Assembly (NCBI RefSeq): GCF_004010195.1 | Contig: NC_057718.1 | Span: 83,864,924-83,928,923 of the forward strand | DNA: 64,000 nt | Direction of reading: 5' to 3' | Source of the DNA: Chiloscyllium plagiosum | Lineage: Eukaryota | Shown: positions 58,325 through 64,000 of the stretch, in pieces | Numbering within the stretch: the first letter of the stretch is position 1 | Layout: every line of letters begins with the position of its first letter | Translations under genes and position numbers: made by a program | Notes under the pieces: model-generated | Database searches by the model: none | Told to the model about the DNA's origin: nothing | The model's input: the letters and a program-made list of their open reading frames with translations, nothing else

Positions 58325-59112
58325 TTTTCACTTCTCAGTATCAAAACCTAAATGTCTCCATTCTCCACCATCCTCCTCTGCCTGTCTGAGCTTGTCCTCA
58401 CTTTGAACAACTTGTTTAACTCCTTTCTCTTTGTCCAGATCAAAGATATGGCCGTCGGTATCTGCATGTATCCCCATTATGCATTTCTCTTTGTGGGTTA
58501 CATGTAATATTCCTTGTTCCAATCCTGCTCTGGTTTCTCCCCACAACTGTTTCTCCTGTACATCAATAACATTGTTGATGGTGCTTCCCCTTCTCATTTT
58601 GATTTGGAAAAGTTTATCTATTTCACTTCCAATTTCCACCCTAATCTCACCTTCACCTGGTCCATCTCTTGGATTCCTCCCTTCCCTTCCCTCCATGTCC
58701 CCATTTCCATTTCTGGGGATAGGCTGGCTACTGATACCCACTGACTCCCATAGTTACCTTGCTATACATTCCCATGCCGTGATGATGCTGCTTCCAGAGG
58801 ACAGCCTCAAAGTTTATTCTTTTTCCTCTAACTAAGAATTCCCTGCTACTATGGTTAAGAGGGCCCTCTGCCTACACACCTCTCTTCCCTCCCACAACAG
58901 GGAAGGATCCCCTCCTGGCCTTCACTCTCCACCCGCTAGCATCCTCATCCATAGGATTTAAGCTGTCAGTTCCGCCACCTCCAGCAGCGTGCCACCACCA
59001 GCCACGCTCCCCTCCCCTCCCTCATCAACATTCTGTAGAGATTGTTTTCTCTGGAACATGCTGGTTTGCTCCTCCTCCGCTCCCAGTACCTGCTCACACC
59101 CCCACAGCATCT
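58325..59112 (+). mobile_element. Old PLE RT remnant
   Basis: ORF 58514-58744 reads PQLFLLYINNIV (degenerate RYIDD)...LEKFI.F.SNFHPNLTFTWSIS...ISISGDRLATD. Confidence 0.7.
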
Positions 59113-60414
59113 TTACTACCCTACCAATTTTTGATTATCCACAATGAACTTATTGATTAACTTTCCAACATTGAAGTCAAAATCATAAATTAACGGGTTT
59201 GACATTTGTGGTGACGAAGTTTTTTGGAAGTCCACTTGCTTGAGATGTTGGAGAGATTTAAGAAACAAGCATGGTTTAAGGATAAATGGAAATATAAACT
59301 TGGGGAACAAAGCATTTAATGTTACAGTAGCAAAAATGTTGATCAAATTGAAAGCTGTTCTGCTTTGTTGACGAACCAATTGCTGTTCAAGGTTTTGGGT
59401 TTTTATTTTTGACTTCAAGGATTTGCAGTACTTTCCTCTTTCCTCTTTTGATTAGAGCATTATTGGCTTTCTTAGTTGCTTCTACTTAAAGTATTTACAA
59501 TTTTCTTCATTTTATCTTACCCATTACAGATATAGATGTTTAATTTTAGAAAGGTGCTCTTGGGTGGCATTTTGAAAACAACACTAATACAGTGTGATAC
59601 TGCAGATAATCCATTAAACAATTCAGATCAGTCAGGCATTCATAACCGTAAGGACAAAGAATATAAATAATATAATTTTCAGATCACATGGGGCAGGATC
59701 TGCTTCAAGGAACTGCAATTAGAGTACTTATAAAGTTGAAATTCTAAGGTTTTCAAATCACCTTTCCTATATTCTTGGAACATCCTTGAACACTCAACGA
59801 GCAGTCCCTGGGGTTTGAGCAGGTTCTCTTCTGGAGTCTGTTTGCAAGTTGATTTATACACAAATCTGAACACGATGCGGCACAATGGAAAGCAGCTGTT
59901 TGTGGGTACAGGAATTGTTCATGTGTTGAATCTTTATAATTACGGCCACGTACAGGATTGCTTTTGTAAGTTGGACATTGACAAGTTGCGGACCCTCTGT
60001 TTGCACAATTCTGATAGGTTGGAATGAGGTACATTACGTTGAATCTTTTCGAAAACACGTGTTTGGTTTAATGGTCTTTGTGTTATTTAAAATTTACACG
60101 GTTAACTTCTGACATTAAACCATTAGCAATTTGAAAGTAATTTTTCCGTAATTTAACATAATTTCATTGATTTTACAAATATCATAATTAGCATATTACT
60201 CCTAGCAATGATGCATTGCTGGTACTGGAACTGACAATAACCAGTTACCTCCTTTCAGTTAATGCTTACAGGCCGTTGGGAAATTGCTGGAGTGAACAGA
60301 CCTTTTAATTAAACTGATTTCAGAACTATAACTCACTAACCTAGCAGTAAGTAAATGGGAGAATAATGTGGAGCCACCTAATATAAATGATGTTAAATAT
60401 TTTTAGCTTTCAAT

Positions 60415-61480
60415 AGTAGAAATACTAAAGTATTGGAATCAATTATTAAGGAATTCATGCAGTATTTGTCAAATCTTAATTTAATCAAGCAGAGTAAACA
60501 TGGCTCCGTTAAAGGGAAATTGCGTATGATTAATTTATTCAAGATTGCCAAAGAAGTCCCAACCAGGGTGGATAGCGGGGAACCAGTAGATGTGTTGTGT
60601 TTGGACTTCTAAAGGCATTCCACAAAATATTTCACAAAATCTAAGCCATGCGCTAAGAGCCCACAGAGTTGGATATCATATATTGGCATGGAAAGAGAAT
60701 GGGCTAAAGGGCAGGAAATTGCAAATGAGGATAAAGGGTTCTTTGTTAGCTTAGTGACTTGTGGCATGTGGGATTCCACAGCATCCATACTGGGACTGCA
60801 TTTGTTTATGATCTGTATTAAAGACTTGGAGGAAGGAAGTCAAAGTATGATAGCCAGATTTGTAGATGACACAAAGTAAGTGGAAGGGCAGGTTGCAAGA
60901 GAGATACTAACAGTTAAAGTGAGGTATTGATAGGTTAACTAAGTGGGCAAAATTGGCAAATGGAGTGTAATGTGAAAAAATGTGAAGTTCTTCATTTTGA
61001 AAAGGTGAACAAAAGAACAAATTAATGTTTAAATGGACAAAAAATGCAGAGAGTGCAACATAAAGGGGTTTGGGTTACTTCTGCATGAATCATAGAAAAC
61101 TAGCACGTAGTAACCACATAATCAGGAAGGCTAATGGAATGTTGGTCCTTATTTAAAAGGGCTTGGAATATAAGAGTAGTGAAGTCTTCCTGCAATTGTA
61201 CAACATGCTATTGAGACCATATCTGGAATACTGAGAGCAGTTTTGGTACGCTTATTCAAGGAAAGATATCATTTCACTACAAGCAGTTCACTCGGTTAAT
61301 CCATGGTATGGGAGAATTATCTTATGAGCAAAGGCTGAACAATTTAGGATTCTATTGACTGCAGTTTAGAAGAATGAGATGTGATAGCATTGAAACAAAA
61401 TTCTTAAGGGGCTTGCCAGTGTAAATGCTGAGAGGATGTTTTCCCTCCATGGGAGAGTCTATGGTATAGACTCAGAGTAA
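60415..61480 (+). mobile_element. Old CR1 RT
   Basis: HG.VKGK..MINL, LDF.KAF, LFMICIKDLEEG...IARFVDDTK, WQMECNV.KCEV.HF. Confidence 0.75.
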
Positions 61481-61519
61481 AGATAAGATGACTCTACTCT
61501 GACGTTTGAGAATCTTATA

Positions 61520-62085
61520 GAGTAAGAATCATACAACACAGAAACTTGTCCATGCTAACCAAGTTTCCCAAACCAAACCAGTCCCACTTGCCTGTGTTTG
61601 GCCCATATCCATCTCAACCTTGCCTATTCCTATACCTATCCAATGTATTTTAAATGTTGTAATGTTGTCCTCTGGCAGTTTATTCCACATGTGAACCACT
61701 GTGTGTGAAAATGTTGCCCCTCTGGTCCCTTTTAAAAATCTATCTTCGCTCAACTTTAAAAAAAAAATGCCCCCTAGTTTTGAACTCCCCTACCCTTGGG
61801 AAAAGACCTTTGTTATTCACCTTATCGATGACCTTCATTATTTTATAAACTTCTCTAAGGTCACCCCTGAACTTCCTATGCTCCATGAAAAAGGTTCCTA
61901 GTTTATTTTTAGAAATCAAACCCTCTATTCCTGGTAACATCCTGGCAATTTTTTTCTGAACCTTTTCCATTTTAATATTATCCTTCCTACAGCAGGGTGA
62001 GCAGAACTGTACACAGTACTCCAAAAATGGTGTGCTAAATGTCTTCTTAACCACTCTGTCCACGTGTGATGCAACTTTCAAAGAA
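61520..62085 (-). mobile_element. CR1 3' fragment
   Basis: ORF 61740-62141(-) reads LEYCVQFCSP..RKD...EKVQK...RGDLREVYKIM...KTRGH. Confidence 0.8.
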
Positions 62086-62237
62086 TGTGGAGGTATTTCC
62101 AAGAAAAGTGGAAACTTGAATTCATGGATGAATGGAGCCAATGGAGATTAACTCAACTAGGAATGAAGTGACTAAGTTTGTTAATGTGCCTGTTCAATAA
62201 ACATGAAATCCAGTATCCATATTCTAATTGAATTTCA

Positions 62238-62340
62238 TGGTCGACACAGTGGCTCAGTGGTTAGCACTGCTGCCTTAACAGTGCCAGAGACCTGTGTTTC
62301 CTTCTAGCGATTGACTGTCTGTCTGTGTGGAGTTTGCAGA
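62238..62340 (+). mobile_element. HE1 SINE 5' head, truncated by CR1
   Basis: cacagtggctcagtggttagcactgctgcc...gtgtggagtttgca. Confidence 0.7.
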
Positions 62341-62341
62341 T

Positions 62342-62990
62342 TAGAGTCATAGAGATGTATAGAATGGAAACAAACCATTTGGTCCAACTAGTTCACGGTG
62401 AGCATGTTCCCAAACTAAGCTCGCACCACTTACCTACTTTGGTCCTATATCCCTCAACCTTTCCCATTCATACACCCATCCAAGTATCTTTAAATGTTGT
62501 ACCTAGATCCTGCACTTCCTCTGGCAGTTCATTCCATCCATTAAACATTCGGTTTTCAAAAAAAGTTGCCCCTTGTTCTTTTTAAAACTTAATCTTCCCA
62601 CCTTAAAAATATGCCCCCTAGTTATGAACTCTCCCGCTTGAGGGAAAATATCCTTGTTATTCCCCTTATTTGTGACCCTTAGGATTTTATAAACCTCTAT
62701 AAGATCACCCCTCAACCTCCTAAAAATGGAGAAAAAAGTCTTTGCCTATGCATCTTATTTTTATAGCTCAAATCCTTCATTCCCAGCAATATCCTGGTAC
62801 ATCTTTTCTGAACCCTCACCAGTTTAATAATTCCCTTCATAATTCTTCATATGACAGGATAGTACACTGTACTCCAGAAGAGGCCTTACCAACTGTGCAA
62901 CCTCAACCTGACATCCCAACTCCTACACTCAAAAGGTCTCAACAATGAAAGCAAGCATGCTAAAATGCCTTCCCAGCAACCCTGTGACAC
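62342..62990 (-). mobile_element. CR1 3' fragment
   Basis: ORF 62503-62715(-) reads RGDLIEVYKILR...TRGH; tail revcomp of agagtcatagagatgta. Confidence 0.8.
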
Positions 62991-63004
62991 AAAGTTCAAA
63001 GAAT

Positions 63005-63205
63005 TCTCAACTTGAATCCCTTGGGGGGTCCCAAGGCACACGACGAGGCGTTCTTCCTCCAGGCGTCAAGTGGCTTTGATTTGGTGGTGTAGGAGGCCCA
63101 GGGCTTGCATGTCCTTTTTGGGATGGGCAGGGGACTTGAAGTGGTTGGCCACAGGGTGGTAGGGTTGTTTTTCCCAGAGATGTTCCCTGAAATGTTCTGC
63201 GAACA
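63005..63205 (-). mobile_element. PLE GIY-YIG C-terminal fragment
   Basis: Reverse complement resembles 19440-19600 and 7935-8150. Confidence 0.6.
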
Positions 63206-64000
63206 TGTAACCTAGGCTGATGATAATGCAACATAGAGAATGCTACATTGGTGATGGTGTTGACTTTTGACTGCTTAGTTTGTTATGTACAATGTTAAAA
63301 AGAGATAAGGGACTTTTTTGGTGTTCTGTCTTGTATTTATTCTCCAGTCACTGTCATCAAAGCAGAATGATTATTTCATTGCATTTTGGAAACTTTTGGT
63401 GTTTGGAATCTGGCACCTACATTTTTCAGCATAACAGCTGGGAATTTATACCCATAAGTTGTGACTTGCTTTGTACTGTCTATAATTACATCTTTTTCCT
63501 TACTGTTAGCATTTTAAACTTCATTACTTGAGACTCTCTGCAGTAGAAACCAGCTGCCCTTGAGGACCTGCAGGTCTTGTGCTGTTAAGTTCTGACTTGA
63601 CATGTTGTCAAAACTTCTTAAACCGACACAGAATATTGTTTAGGAACTTTTTTTTATGAATGGACATGTTGGTTCCAGAGAGTACTTAAAAATGTGCATC
63701 TAAAGCAGTTAATTTCCATTTCGTAGTATTATTCTTGGTAGCATTTTTTAAGAAAAGATTTTTGCTCTCAGCATGATTAGTCTGTAAGAGTTTGTTTATA
63801 GAGTAGTAGAGCTTCTGGAAAATATGTTATAGTTTTATCTGCTGTCAGTTATGTTATGTAATGCAATGCTTCACCATATTTGTGTTGCAGAAACCAGCGG
63901 ATTCCTTGTTCTGTTTGGGCTGTGCTAAAATCACAGTAAAAATATTAGAGAACATCAGGTCATTTGTCATTTTATAAAGCTATTCATCTAAAATGCAGTT

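Noticed and set aside
59190..59372. F-box-like peptide DEVFWKSTCLRCW and overlapping open frames
   Set aside because: No acceptor or donor, upstream in-frame stop; likely chance.
59753..60058. Cys-rich 101-aa minus-strand ORF
   Set aside because: No recognisable cysteine spacing or homology; weak splice context.

Overview
Repeat-dense vertebrate genomic DNA, almost certainly from a shark or other elasmobranch: it carries HE1/V-SINEs whose tails match the CR1/HER1-type LINEs, Deu-domain SINEs and abundant Penelope-like elements (PLEs). It reads like a large intron or intergenic interval. I could not identify any host gene; only a few short, unassigned exon-like segments were seen. Most of the window is decayed transposable elements: many CR1 LINE fragments, Rex1/Babar LINEs, at least three PLE lineages (GIY-YIG or RT remnants, inverted pseudo-LTRs, minimal hammerhead-ribozyme motifs), several solo LTRs (three with 4-bp TSDs), and CT/GT microsatellites with two N-gaps. 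The most notable items are: (1) a ~3.55-kb internally deleted ERV-like provirus at 36104-39660 with two LTRs, a tRNA-Ser primer-binding site, a splice donor, integrase- and env-like remnants and a PPT; (2) a ~220-bp near-perfect hairpin at 11782-12001 in otherwise unique DNA, next to an exon-like segment; (3) several hammerhead motifs, some with intact cores; (4) a solo LTR bracketed by ~210-bp direct repeats; (5) a large tail-to-tail CR1 inverted repeat; and (6) many nested insertions that give relative ages. Family assignments come from motif recognition, not database searches. No prokaryotic-type systems (CRISPR, operons) are present.
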